From a virus (lineage: Duplodnaviria > Heunggongvirae > Uroviricota > Caudoviricetes > Demerecviridae), in the IMG/VR virus record IMGVR_UViG_2706795139_000001: 64,000 bases of DNA; one strand, written 5' to 3'. Shown piece by piece: positions 28,818-37,817 of this stretch (positions are counted from its first letter, which is position 1; every line of letters starts with the position of its first letter). Position numbers and translations under genes: made by a program. The notes under the pieces are model-generated. The model was not told the DNA's origin and searched no databases. It was given only the letters and a program-made list of their open reading frames with translations.

Positions 28818-28969
28818 TAAATTTATATTGCTGACTAGGATTTTCACCTAGACGGAGTTAGCACCGTAGCGTGTAGCGGCATACCTCTCCAAACCGTGCC
28901 TCATCTTTCAATTACGGAGACAGTGTTCCTACGCGTGCCTGAATTGATTTAACAATTCTTTCAGCAAAT

Positions 28970-29045
28970 TGGACGACCGCATGAGATTTGAACTCACATA
29001 AAAAGGATTTGCAATCCTTCGCCTAAGCCATTCAGCCAACGGTCG
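28970..29045 (-). tRNA. tRNA-Cys (GCA)
   Basis: cloverleaf; anticodon loop TTGCAAA; CCA. Confidence 0.7.
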
Positions 29046-29223
29046 ATTTATCTTGTTTTTCGAGATCTTCAAATTCTAAATCATTGAAGTTCCCTAGAGT
29101 ACGGGAGTAGAGCCCGTCTCCTGAGTCATAGCCTGATTTACCACAATCATACATTTTAAATTCACGAAGAGGTGTGAAAATGTGTTCAGAACCACAACAC
29201 TTAAATCTAACTAATCGTTTCAT
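29032..29223 (-). CDS. hypothetical protein (63 aa); 3' end overlaps tRNA-Cys
   Basis: ORF track. Confidence 0.3.
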   Translation of the reverse strand: MKRLVRFKCCGSEHIFTPLREFKMYDCGKSGYDSGDGLYSRTLGNFNDLEFEDLEKQDKSTVG

Positions 29224-29272
29224 TAGCTTCTCCAGTTCAATTTATGTAATTATTATATAGAACTTTTGGAAA

Positions 29273-29551
29273 CTAAGCGACTACATTTTTTAAGAATTTG
29301 ATGCCTTTCTTTTTCTTCTTATATTTCCACGTTAATGGATTTTGTCGATTATGAGCGCTTGAGATCTTTGTCTCGTCAAAGTTCTTCAATATCATGTAAT
29401 CACAGGATAATTGTTCTAGTGGAATGTGATCACCGTCAAAAGCGTATACATAAGGCTGTTGACTAGCACGATAATGATAGACTTTGTTAATTCTACGTTT
29501 CAGCGACTTATCCGCGCAGTAAATAAAGAAGTTTTCAGGATGCATCAGCAT
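29273..29551 (-). CDS. hypothetical protein (92 aa)
   Basis: ORF track. Confidence 0.4.
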   Translation of the reverse strand: MLMHPENFFIYCADKSLKRRINKVYHYRASQQPYVYAFDGDHIPLEQLSCDYMILKNFDETKISSAHNRQNPLTWKYKKKKKGIKFLKNVVA

Positions 29552-29562
29552 CTACTTCAATT

Positions 29563-29646
29563 TGGTGCATCGTGATGGATTTGAACCACCAACCCCGAAG
29601 GGCACGGATTTACAGACCGCTGCAATAGACATTCTGCCAACGATGC
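29563..29646 (-). tRNA. tRNA-Tyr (GTA), class II
   Basis: anticodon loop CTGTAAA; variable arm GCCCTTCGGGG; CCA. Confidence 0.65.
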
Positions 29647-29717
29647 ACATTTAAAAGTATTCAAATACTAGTTTAAACACTTTTAAATATGTTTCCAAAT
29701 TAGATAACTATTATACC

Positions 29718-29746
29718 AAGTTTTAAGGCACTGAGCAAGTCAAATT
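29718..29746 (-). promoter_or_regulatory. promoter TTGCTC-17-TATAAT upstream of tRNA-Tyr (overlaps terminator hairpin 29729-29766)
   Basis: sequence pattern. Confidence 0.45.
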
Positions 29747-29774
29747 TCGAAGAACTTGCTCAGTGCTGTATTAG

Positions 29775-30050
29775 TTAGTCGAACTTAGGAGTGACAGTTA
29801 AGGAGAACGGAAGTTCAAAAACTTCTTCCCCCTCATTACTAACTGTAACTACACGACCTTTAAGTTCAGACATTAAAATATCAATATCAGCTTTTGCATC
29901 TGGAGCCATGCCAGCTTCAACACATTTAGCTTTAACTTCCGGAAGGAGTTCTACATCGTAGAAATAAAGCCATTCAATCTCACCTTCCCAGCCTTCCCAG
30001 GATTTACAGATTGCACTTTCAATACCAGTTGCTATAACACGATTTTGCAT
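29775..30050 (-). CDS. hypothetical protein (91 aa)
   Basis: ORF track. Confidence 0.45.
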   Translation of the reverse strand: MQNRVIATGIESAICKSWEGWEGEIEWLYFYDVELLPEVKAKCVEAGMAPDAKADIDILMSELKGRVVTVSNEGEEVFELPFSLTVTPKFD

Positions 30051-30080
30051 TCGTTAACTCCTTCATCAATTTATATAACT

Positions 30081-30110
30081 ATTATATCAGAAATTTAAAG
30101 TAAAAGGCAA
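30081..30110 (-). promoter_or_regulatory. promoter (TTGCCT-18-TATAAT)
   Basis: sequence pattern. Confidence 0.45.
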
Positions 30111-30140
30111 GTACATTTTTAAAAATTCTATTCGGAGGAG

Positions 30141-30347
30141 CTAAACTCCAGATTCTTCGGCCAAGTCTAGACTAATAAGAGTTATAGCCATAATTGCCGC
30201 ACCATGTTCTTTTTCCCCGGTGTTTTTAGCAGAGTCTATAATATCCTTAATCTGTTCGTAATAACTTTTTACTTCTTGTTCAATACCTGCCTCGGCTATC
30301 ATGCCTTTAGTCATGATTCGTTGCATAGTAATTTCACGGTTAGCCAT
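30141..30347 (-). CDS. hypothetical protein (68 aa)
   Basis: ORF track. Confidence 0.4.
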   Translation of the reverse strand: MANREITMQRIMTKGMIAEAGIEQEVKSYYEQIKDIIDSAKNTGEKEHGAAIMAITLISLDLAEESGV

Positions 30348-30522
30348 GATGTTTCTCCAGCTTCATTTTTAATAGTTTACAAATGAAGTCAACGTCTTCA
30401 TCTGTGCCTAGATCTCTATCTTCAAGAGTTGCCTTGAAGTTTTTCGTTAGTTCCATAAGAACTACTTCTCTAGAACGACGTGTTGGCGGGGGTGGATGTC
30501 TATACATCTTATTTCCTTAATT

Positions 30523-30597
30523 TGGTGGGTCGGAGGAGAATCTAACTCCTACTCGTTAGCTTATGAGGCCACCGCTTTAACTTTAAGCTACCGACCC
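30523..30597 (-). tRNA. tRNA with anticodon CAT (Met/Ile2), second copy type
   Basis: 7-bp acceptor GGGTCGG/CCGACCC, T-stem AGGAG/CTCCT, CCA; anticodon stem only 4 bp. Confidence 0.55.
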
Positions 30598-30603
30598 TAT
30601 GTT

Positions 30604-30692
30604 TGGCGGAAGAAGGGGGAATCGAACCCACAAGGCTATATTTCAAACCGACAGATTAGCAATCTGCTGCAATACCGTTATGCTATTCTTCC
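30604..30692 (-). tRNA. tRNA-Ser (GCT), class II
   Basis: anticodon loop TTGCTAA, 19-nt variable arm, T-loop GGGTTCGATTCC, CCA. Confidence 0.65.
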
Positions 30693-30713
30693 GAATTTAT
30701 AAGATATATTATA

Positions 30714-31283
30714 TTAGAAATTTAGCTTCATGGCAAGAAAATTTTTCAAGTTTTCGGTAGACATCTCATCCACATCTATAGGAGAAACAAACCCATTTAA
30801 TTGTCTAGCAAACTTTTCGCCAGCAGGATCATTATCCCCAACAGCTACCAATTTAAAAGGTAGTAATTTCAATTGCTTTAATAGCGGTTTTCCTGGAGAA
30901 GAACCCAACATTGCTAGAGCAGGATACCCAGCATTATGTAATGCTACAGCCTTAAATACAGATTCAGCAATTAATACTACTTTTTCATCCCCATTGAGAG
31001 TTTCTAGTCCCCATACACACTGTGTAGTAGAATAAGTAAAATATCTAGCTTCAAAGGGGCACTTACCATGACCTTTTGGAGCAGAAGGATTATAAGTCTG
31101 ATAGCCTCTCAACATTCCAGAGAAGTCATACAATGGGACTGTTAGCCATCCTTCTGGGCTTAACCAGCAGTGATATTTATCTGTATCAAACCCTCTAGAT
31201 AAGAGATGTTCTGTTAGTTCATCAATAGTCATACTAGATTCCTCTCTCAAATTTATAAATATATTATGCAGAGAATTTAGCAT
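30714..31283 (-). CDS. Toprim-domain protein (189 aa)
   Basis: GYPALAMLG..VAVGDNDPAGEKFARQL resembles DnaG-type Toprim (DxD) core. Confidence 0.45.
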   Translation of the reverse strand: MLNSLHNIFINLREESSMTIDELTEHLLSRGFDTDKYHCWLSPEGWLTVPLYDFSGMLRGYQTYNPSAPKGHGKCPFEARYFTYSTTQCVWGLETLNGDEKVVLIAESVFKAVALHNAGYPALAMLGSSPGKPLLKQLKLLPFKLVAVGDNDPAGEKFARQLNGFVSPIDVDEMSTENLKNFLAMKLNF

Positions 31284-31291
31284 TCAAGCAA
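31263..31291 (-). promoter_or_regulatory. promoter TTGCTT-17-CATAAT
   Basis: sequence pattern. Confidence 0.5.
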
Positions 31292-31452
31292 TTGAATTTT
31301 TTAACTTTTTAGAGGAAAATCACAGGATGCTTAAGGGTAGCAGGTAAGTGGGTAGACCCCAAAATTGTTATCCCCACTTGATTTTCAATGTGATATAGTG
31401 TAAAGTATTTGTCATAGCTGAGTGACCAAAGAGACACACTTATCCTCTACCT

Positions 31453-31493
31453 TAAAACAGAAAAGCCCTGCGCTCTCCAGGGAACACAGGGCT
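31453..31493 (-). terminator. terminator AGCCCTG..CAGGGCT + T-run
   Basis: hairpin after SPFH gene. Confidence 0.55.
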
Positions 31494-31517
31494 TACTTCG
31501 AATATTACGTGTGGGAA

Positions 31518-32465
31518 TTACTTGTTACGCATATCCATAATCATCTGGCCATCGTAACCAGTGCCAACTACTGTTTGAGGTACACCGCCTTGATATTTCT
31601 GAGCACGAATCATTTCAACTTCTAGTTGTTTCCAGCGAATCATCTCAGGAGTAATAGTACGTTGCAGAGCGGCGTTAGCTTCGGCTTCCTTCTTAGCTGC
31701 GTACAGTTTAGCATCTGCATCACGTTCGTTTGCAATAGCTTGGTTGTTACGAGCTTCACGATCTGCTTCTGCTTGTTTAACCTTCTGCTGTGCTTCTTGT
31801 TCAACACGAGCCAACTCAGCTTTCGCAGCATTAACTTGTTCCTCACGAACTTTGGTATTCTGTACCTGTTCCATGATTACAGGCGGCAAAGTAATATCCT
31901 GAAGGAACACTTGCTTAACTGTGTAACCATAAGGGCGTGCATACTCTTCAACTTCCTGTTGAATTGCGGTTTGTAATTGAGCCTGGATTTTAGCATCAAA
32001 CAAATCTTGTGCTTTAGGAACAGACTTACCGAACTCACGAATAGTGGACAGTAATTTTTCAGTTACATATTTGTCTAATGCTTGATCCTGGGTACCTGCG
32101 TTAATACGGTTAATCGGTGCCTTAGAACCATCAAACTGCAACATAACAGTCAGGTCAACAGTGGATTTAAACTTATCCTGACTAGGAACCTGAAGTTTAT
32201 CTAATTTTACAGCAATGTCTTTTGTACTAAAAGTATCGAAAGATGCAAATGGGTTTACAAGATGAAAACCAGGTAATACAGGATTAGGGTCTACTTTACC
32301 CAGAAATGTTTGGGTTTTAACCGTACCATCAGAAACAATAGTATATGAATTAAAAGCTAGGATTAAACCTGCTAAACCAACTACAGCACCAATACCCCAA
32401 CGTTTAATAGTGCGAATTACTTTTTGCTCAGAAGTCAGTTCTTTCATATTTTTAGTATTAAACAT
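31518..32465 (-). CDS. SPFH/band-7 (HflC/prohibitin-like) membrane protein (315 aa)
   Basis: N-terminal TM, SPFH core, long Ala/Gln/Glu-rich coiled coil. Confidence 0.7.
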   Translation of the reverse strand: MFNTKNMKELTSEQKVIRTIKRWGIGAVVGLAGLILAFNSYTIVSDGTVKTQTFLGKVDPNPVLPGFHLVNPFASFDTFSTKDIAVKLDKLQVPSQDKFKSTVDLTVMLQFDGSKAPINRINAGTQDQALDKYVTEKLLSTIREFGKSVPKAQDLFDAKIQAQLQTAIQQEVEEYARPYGYTVKQVFLQDITLPPVIMEQVQNTKVREEQVNAAKAELARVEQEAQQKVKQAEADREARNNQAIANERDADAKLYAAKKEAEANAALQRTITPEMIRWKQLEVEMIRAQKYQGGVPQTVVGTGYDGQMIMDMRNK

Positions 32466-32476
32466 ATATTTCCTTA

Positions 32477-32677
32477 TTATTTAGAAGAGTTAGCTACTAC
32501 AGTTACTTTAGTTGCAGAAATAAACAGGCTAGCATCCACAGCAAATTCAGGAGCTTTGATATCTCCATTATGAAATATGACTATACCGGAGACTACTTCA
32601 AATGCTAGTGCTGTAACATCGGTGGTATTTACTTGTGAATGTTCACCCACTACTTTTACTATATATCGTGTTTTCAC
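32477..32677 (-). CDS. hypothetical protein (66 aa)
   Basis: ORF track. Confidence 0.35.
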   Translation of the reverse strand: MKTRYIVKVVGEHSQVNTTDVTALAFEVVSGIVIFHNGDIKAPEFAVDASLFISATKVTVVANSSK

Positions 32678-32703
32678 TTTATTTTCCTAGCAGTTAATAA
32701 AAT

Positions 32704-32778
32704 TGGCCGAGGTGACAGGATTCGAACCTGCATAAAGGAATTTAGAAGACTCCTGCCTCTCCCTTAGACTACACCCCG
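32704..32778 (-). tRNA. tRNA-Arg (TCT)
   Basis: cloverleaf; anticodon loop CTTCTAA; T-loop GGTTCGAATCC; CCA. Confidence 0.7.
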
Positions 32779-33427
32779 TTTAAGTATTTTTAAGAACTCT
32801 CGTAAAAACTCTTAAAAATACAGACGATACCGGGAGAGTCATAAGTCTCACTCATTAAGTATTTCAAGACAAAATACAGTAACGTCTATTATTTTCCAGT
32901 TTAAGTCAAGGTGACTTAGTGGTTATGTCCTGCGGTATACTGAGGACTCGGTTAGGTTAGGGTCATGACTCCCCACCTTTTGCTGCTACTCAACAGGAGT
33001 TATCGCGAATTACCTGTGCTATTGTGCACCATTAGTGACATCTCTCATGTCAGCATTTCCCACTTTGTGGATAGCTTGAAAAACTACTCCGATATGGAGA
33101 AAGAACTTCACTATCCTAGAATACCTTCTAAAGTTCTTCTTTAGCCTGGACATAGTTAAATCGTAATAAAACTATTCAGCAGACTGGTTGGTTAGTCTGG
33201 AACCAACTACCGCGTGGTTTAGGCAGTGCGCAACTAACCTCGGAAGCTTTTACGTTAAAAGCACCAGTTATCCAGTTCTTACCGACCGTAGGATTCGAAC
33301 CTACATCTTCCACCAGTTACGGCTTGATAATACCGTTTATACTAGATCGGCAGTGTTACTACATAAGTGATTTCCACACCCCACTATTCATAAATTAGAG
33401 AAGAATTACTCTCTAATTTATGAATAT

Positions 33428-33456
33428 ATTATACAGAATTTATAAGCATTTAGCAA
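33428..33456 (-). promoter_or_regulatory. T5-type promoter TTGCTA-17-TATAAT heading the tRNA/small-gene cluster
   Basis: attata at 33428, tagcaa at 33451; 11-bp perfect hairpin (33391-33420) immediately downstream. Confidence 0.55.
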
Positions 33457-33464
33457 ATGAATTT

Positions 33465-33899
33465 TTAGAAAAACTCGCTAGCAATCAAGGCGGCTGTTTT
33501 ACCATCATAACGCCCTGTAAACTCTGCCTTAATAGTTTTCATTAAGAGAGCTTTGGTAATACTTGGGTTTAGCTTAACCAATTCTGCAAAGTATTTACGA
33601 ATTTCAGTTTCAGTTAACTGTTGCAGCGCATAATCATGCTCTAAACGCGCTAAAAGATCTAAGTATTCAGCATCAGGAGTATAGTCAACATTCGATTTTT
33701 CAGCGGCAATCCGTGTATTCTCAATTGCTTTGAGTTGTGATTTCAACCAGTTAGTAAACTCCAGCTCAGTTACGCAATCTTTATCAATACGTTGCAGGTC
33801 TCCTAGAACCGTACTTAGATGCTTAACTGATACAGCGTCACCACTTTTGCGAGCAGCTTCAATCAACTCTCGCAGTACATAAAGCATATTCATGCCCAT
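33465..33899 (-). CDS. hypothetical protein (144 aa)
   Basis: ORF track. Confidence 0.5.
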   Translation of the reverse strand: MGMNMLYVLRELIEAARKSGDAVSVKHLSTVLGDLQRIDKDCVTELEFTNWLKSQLKAIENTRIAAEKSNVDYTPDAEYLDLLARLEHDYALQQLTETEIRKYFAELVKLNPSITKALLMKTIKAEFTGRYDGKTAALIASEFF

Positions 33900-34069
33900 T
33901 ATTTCATCCCCAATGCTTGGTTGAAAGATTGTTCCGTCATAACTGCTGAGACTTTGGCGAAATCAAACTTTTTAGGGTTCGTAGTGATTTCAGCAACGTT
34001 GGAAGTTTTAACAGTTTTCGTAGTACGAATACCGCGAGTGTTAACACCAATGACGATCAAGTTTTTCAT
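33899..34069 (-). CDS. small protein (56 aa), missed by 60-aa cutoff
   Basis: ATG at 34069 with GAGGAAG RBS and T5-type promoter 34100-34128; stop TAA overlaps next ATG (TAATG). Confidence 0.45.
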   Translation of the reverse strand: MKNLIVIGVNTRGIRTTKTVKTSNVAEITTNPKKFDFAKVSAVMTEQSFNQALGMK

Positions 34070-34099
34070 ATTTCGCTTCCTCTCATTAATTTATGAGAG

Positions 34100-34128
34100 T
34101 ATTATACAGAAGTTTAAGTATTTAAGCA
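34100..34128 (-). promoter_or_regulatory. T5-type promoter TTGCTT-17-TATAAT
   Basis: sequence pattern. Confidence 0.55.
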
Positions 34129-34137
34129 AATAAATTT

Positions 34138-34587
34138 TTAAGTTTTAGTGACAACAGGCTTATAAAATGTATGTCCCTTAATCTTAGTTGTTTTCTTAAA
34201 CTTCTTTGTCCAGTACGGTTTATCTTTACCACTATGGAAGTATAAGGCTCCATATGTAGGATCTTGTGGTAAATCAACGTAGTATATCACTCTAGCTAAA
34301 TTCTTGGCGGTTTGCCAAGCCTTATCGGTTTTATCAACTTTTGGTCTCTTAGATACCCAAGAGAACTGGTTAGACTGATATACTACTTTACAGTAGGAAT
34401 CTGGAAATTTGCCGGAGTTTACACGGTTTTTAGTAACCTGTGCAACCGCCATCATTCCCTTTATGCCCTCACCACGACTCTCAAAATAGATATTTTTAGC
34501 AATGCAATCTATTTCTTTTGCATCGTGCGATGCCTGACTACTAAAGCTGAAGGTAAGGGCAGCTACTAAAAGCAAAGCTGCCTTCAT
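34138..34587 (-). CDS. secreted SleB/CwlJ-like cell-wall hydrolase (149 aa)
   Basis: signal peptide; YFESRGE..AVAQVTKNRVNSGKFP..VVYQSNQFSW matches Hydrolase_2 hallmarks. Confidence 0.6.
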   Translation of the reverse strand: MKAALLLVAALTFSFSSQASHDAKEIDCIAKNIYFESRGEGIKGMMAVAQVTKNRVNSGKFPDSYCKVVYQSNQFSWVSKRPKVDKTDKAWQTAKNLARVIYYVDLPQDPTYGALYFHSGKDKPYWTKKFKKTTKIKGHTFYKPVVTKT

Positions 34588-34599
34588 TCTTTTTACTCC

Positions 34600-35421
34600 T
34601 TAAAATAGATCATATTCTAATCTATTGGGATTTTCTCGGTATCCATAAGACGTAAGAGTACCCCTCATATACTCTGCGTCAACAGGATTAGATGTTACTA
34701 GAACCACTTTTAGTGGTCTTTGACCTAAAAATAGTATATGATCTAATAAGTCTTTTCCTTGTACCTCTGGATCTCCTAAATCTGAGTCCATAAATAAATA
34801 GGATCCTGTGAAACTAAATATATCTGATAGCTCCAGCGCACCTATAACTGTACGACAAATAATGGACATTTCAGGTAGATCTCTAACATCGTCTATTAGA
34901 ATATTGGTCTGCTTCCCAATTTCTGCATTACATAAACCATTTACTAGTTTTTCTCTTTCCCCTTTAGCTTGTTCGAAAGTGGTGAAGCCAGGAGATACGA
35001 AAAACTTTCCACCTAATGTAATGCTATACACAAAACCCTCGGGGAGGAGTTCTACACCTACGGTTTTATTAGTATTAATCCTATTTAACTTAAAATTTGT
35101 CTCTCTTAGATTAATAATTCTGTTATCCCACGGTATAGTATTTATATGGTCGATCATATCAGGCGGCTCTTCACCATAATGGAGCAACCACGCTATTCGG
35201 TGTCCATAAATAATTGTGGGTTTATTATCTAAGAGCAAACTAACTCTGATGTACCCATCAGAGTTCTTACTACATATTTCTCTCCCAGCATATAGGGTGT
35301 GCCAAGTTTTATTCTTGTATTTATTAGGCCTATAAAATAATTTACCGGTATAAGGATTATACTCTATAATTTCTCGAATATAATCTATATATGGTAGTAT
35401 TTGTTTTTGTAATTTACCCAT
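34600..35421 (-). CDS. HNH homing endonuclease-like (273 aa)
   Basis: IDHINTIPWDNRIINLRETNFKLNRIN; tyrosine-rich N-terminus. Confidence 0.6.
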   Translation of the reverse strand: MGKLQKQILPYIDYIREIIEYNPYTGKLFYRPNKYKNKTWHTLYAGREICSKNSDGYIRVSLLLDNKPTIIYGHRIAWLLHYGEEPPDMIDHINTIPWDNRIINLRETNFKLNRINTNKTVGVELLPEGFVYSITLGGKFFVSPGFTTFEQAKGEREKLVNGLCNAEIGKQTNILIDDVRDLPEMSIICRTVIGALELSDIFSFTGSYLFMDSDLGDPEVQGKDLLDHILFLGQRPLKVVLVTSNPVDAEYMRGTLTSYGYRENPNRLEYDLF

Positions 35422-35451
35422 AATAGCCTCGTTTCATCAATTTAAAAATAT

Positions 35452-35480
35452 ATTATACAGATAACTTAATAAATTAGCAA
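35452..35480 (-). promoter_or_regulatory. T5-type promoter TTGCTA-17-TATAAT
   Basis: sequence pattern. Confidence 0.55.
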
Positions 35481-35863
35481 ATACATTTTTAAATTGTGAA
35501 ACTAGTAAACCGATAAACAGCCTAGAGGCGCCACAGGCCATATCTTATGAGCCATGTACCTTTGATCTAGGGTTTGAATCATCAACGAATACTTTGCATC
35601 TTTTAGCTTTAGAAGTTTAGAAGTTTGAGTTCTTTAAACTTTTCAGCTTTCATACTTAAATGTTGATCTTTGAAGTTGTGTCGGTAATATCAACGACGCT
35701 TTGTTCTTACGTGTCAGCTTAAAAGGCTGGTGTAATAAACATAATCTCCAATAGATTATACTTTATAGTATGGTCAGCGGTCTTATTTAACCTCGTATTT
35801 CAACCGCTGCTGCGAGGTAAGATGCTTGGGCTTTCGTCTACCGATTTACTAGCTTTTAAATTA

Positions 35864-36502
35864 TTACTCTACTTCAATGAAGGTAGAGGCGTTAGACTCG
35901 GACAGAACAAAGTCAACATTTGTTGCAAAGTCCTGGTATTCCTCGTCATGCTGCTTAATCAGCTTCTCCAGTTCCAGCGGATCAATCAAGAATGGAGTAT
36001 TCTTGAGTTCCAGCAGGTTGAGCTGCATTTTAACTTCATCTTCGGAAGTTTTCTTATCGCGGGTAGCCATGCTATCCTGCAAACGCTCATATTTAGCATC
36101 AAACTGTGCTTTCTGCGTATTAAACTTAACTGTAGCGGCATGGAACTGCTTACGCATATTAGCCAGCAACTGAGCTTTAAGCTCCATAGAACGCTTAGCT
36201 TCAATTGCTTCTGCAACAGTCATTCTACGAGAACCGATCTCAACGATCGTTTCTGCGTTGCTCTTAATCAGGGCAGCTTTGATACGATCACGCTGGGACA
36301 TCATATCCAGCAGAGACTGGAAATCAGTCTTAATACGAGTAGACAGGTCATCTACTTCGATTGCAGCGCCAACTACAACCTGGTTTTTATCCTTACCTTC
36401 ACCAACAGCGATCAAAAGCTGTTGTTCAGTAGCTTTACGGATTTTAGCTTCCAGAGATTTGATGGTTGCCAGAGCACGAGTTTTAGAAATACGAGTGGTC
36501 AT
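35864..36502 (-). CDS. hypothetical coiled-coil protein (212 aa)
   Basis: AAGGAAG RBS; preferred over antisense ORF 35822-36520. Confidence 0.55.
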   Translation of the reverse strand: MTTRISKTRALATIKSLEAKIRKATEQQLLIAVGEGKDKNQVVVGAAIEVDDLSTRIKTDFQSLLDMMSQRDRIKAALIKSNAETIVEIGSRRMTVAEAIEAKRSMELKAQLLANMRKQFHAATVKFNTQKAQFDAKYERLQDSMATRDKKTSEDEVKMQLNLLELKNTPFLIDPLELEKLIKQHDEEYQDFATNVDFVLSESNASTFIEVE

Positions 36503-36554
36503 TGTTTCTTCCTTATATGAAGTTTAAGATTTGAATTTGTTTAAAGTTGGTCTA

Positions 36555-36737
36555 TTACAGACCAATTGCCAGCAGAGTGCGTAGAACAGTATCGTTACTG
36601 TTATCAATTTTAGGGTTAGCACGATTTAGCAGATCAAAGATTTTCTGGATACCTGATTGACGTTCAGCCATACGACGGATACCCAGATTACGAGTAGCTT
36701 TCTTACCATTTTTACGAACATTTTTAGATACTGGCAT
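36555..36737 (-). CDS. small basic protein (60 aa)
   Basis: ORF track; promoter 36778-36806. Confidence 0.4.
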   Translation of the reverse strand: MPVSKNVRKNGKKATRNLGIRRMAERQSGIQKIFDLLNRANPKIDNSNDTVLRTLLAIGL

Positions 36738-36777
36738 ATTTGTTTTCCTTTTATTGTTTTCTCAAATTTATGAATAT

Positions 36778-36806
36778 ATTATACAGAATTTTGGAGCCGG
36801 AAGCAA
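36778..36806 (-). promoter_or_regulatory. T5-type promoter TTGCTT-17-TATAAT
   Basis: sequence pattern. Confidence 0.55.
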
Positions 36807-36807
36807 A

Positions 36808-37509
36808 TCAAATTTTCATTTTTTCGATCATAGCTGCAACACAATAGCTCTCAACTAAGGCATCGAATGCTGGGTCATGTTTAACTGGGTAGATTCCATA
36901 ACGAATGGTATCCATCTTCTCCATCTTAGCTTTTGCCCAGCTAATCCCCTCTGCTTCTAGGTCTTTGTAACTATAACCAGCCTGCATCCAGAGATTGCGG
37001 AGAGATCGAACATTACCCAAATTCCAGAATTTCCACGGAACTATTTCTTCATTGGTTCCAGCATGGAAAGTGTTTGCAGAGTAGATAGTCATATCAAACT
37101 CTGGGCCGTTGCCATAATACAAAGCATTCTCTCCTAGAGCCAACTCCATAATGTTTTGAGCCATAGAGTAAGCAGCATAATTAGAGCCGAGTTTATTAGT
37201 ACAATGATGTTTACCGTTTTGGAATGCAATCAGCTTTGGATTACGATCGTTCATAGCTTCCATAATGTGGAGAGCTGATGGGCTATTTTTAGCTTGATCC
37301 ATCCAGAATGCTAGAGTAGATGCCGTAACTTTAGCTCCAGAATTAAGCTGATCTTGTACATCCAAAGTAACAAACACTAGATCAGGATCTTTATCAATTC
37401 CGTGCATAGCCACAAAAGCGAAAGAAGGCATTACGATATGAGTAGTACCACAATCTCCCGGAGTTCCTAGAGATTCAATATCTAACATACCAAATGGTTT
37501 TACTTTCAT
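36808..37509 (-). CDS. DnaQ-like (DEDD) 3'-5' exonuclease candidate (233 aa)
   Basis: N-terminal MLDIESLGT resembles Exo I motif D-x-E. Confidence 0.45.
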   Translation of the reverse strand: MKVKPFGMLDIESLGTPGDCGTTHIVMPSFAFVAMHGIDKDPDLVFVTLDVQDQLNSGAKVTASTLAFWMDQAKNSPSALHIMEAMNDRNPKLIAFQNGKHHCTNKLGSNYAAYSMAQNIMELALGENALYYGNGPEFDMTIYSANTFHAGTNEEIVPWKFWNLGNVRSLRNLWMQAGYSYKDLEAEGISWAKAKMEKMDTIRYGIYPVKHDPAFDALVESYCVAAMIEKMKI

Positions 37510-37537
37510 AACTTATCCTTTATTGTGTAGAAAACTA

Positions 37538-37774
37538 TTAAAGAGCTGTCTCTTTAATAGACTCCCACTTCTTGGGGTCTTTAAAACCAGGAAGCATATC
37601 CTCACTGACATCCCAGTTCTCTTCCATAGAGAAGTCAGGCCATTCATTCCAGCTACCTTCCAGCTCTTCATAATAGGTATTCATTACCTCATGACTAGAA
37701 AGTCGTGTATAATCTCTAGCGGATTTATGAGTGCTAGCACGGTTAAAATCATTCTTTGCTACAAAATTACGCAT
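37538..37774 (-). CDS. hypothetical acidic protein (78 aa)
   Basis: ORF track. Confidence 0.4.
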   Translation of the reverse strand: MRNFVAKNDFNRASTHKSARDYTRLSSHEVMNTYYEELEGSWNEWPDFSMEENWDVSEDMLPGFKDPKKWESIKETAL

Positions 37775-37817
37775 AGTTTCTCCAAAATATGAGGGGCTTT
37801 CGCCCCCTATTTATCTA

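Noticed and set aside
30496-30702. ORF-track plus-strand CDS (68 aa)
   Set aside because: Overlaps tRNA-Met and tRNA-Ser genes on the opposite strand; translation of tRNA sequence.
33188-33370. ORF-track plus-strand CDS (60 aa)
   Set aside because: Falls in the structured non-coding/tRNA-like region, antisense to transcription direction.
35822-36520. 232-aa plus-strand ORF
   Set aside because: Antisense to the well-formed minus-strand gene 35864-36502 (good RBS, normal composition); plus-frame product is Leu/Ser/Phe-rich junk.
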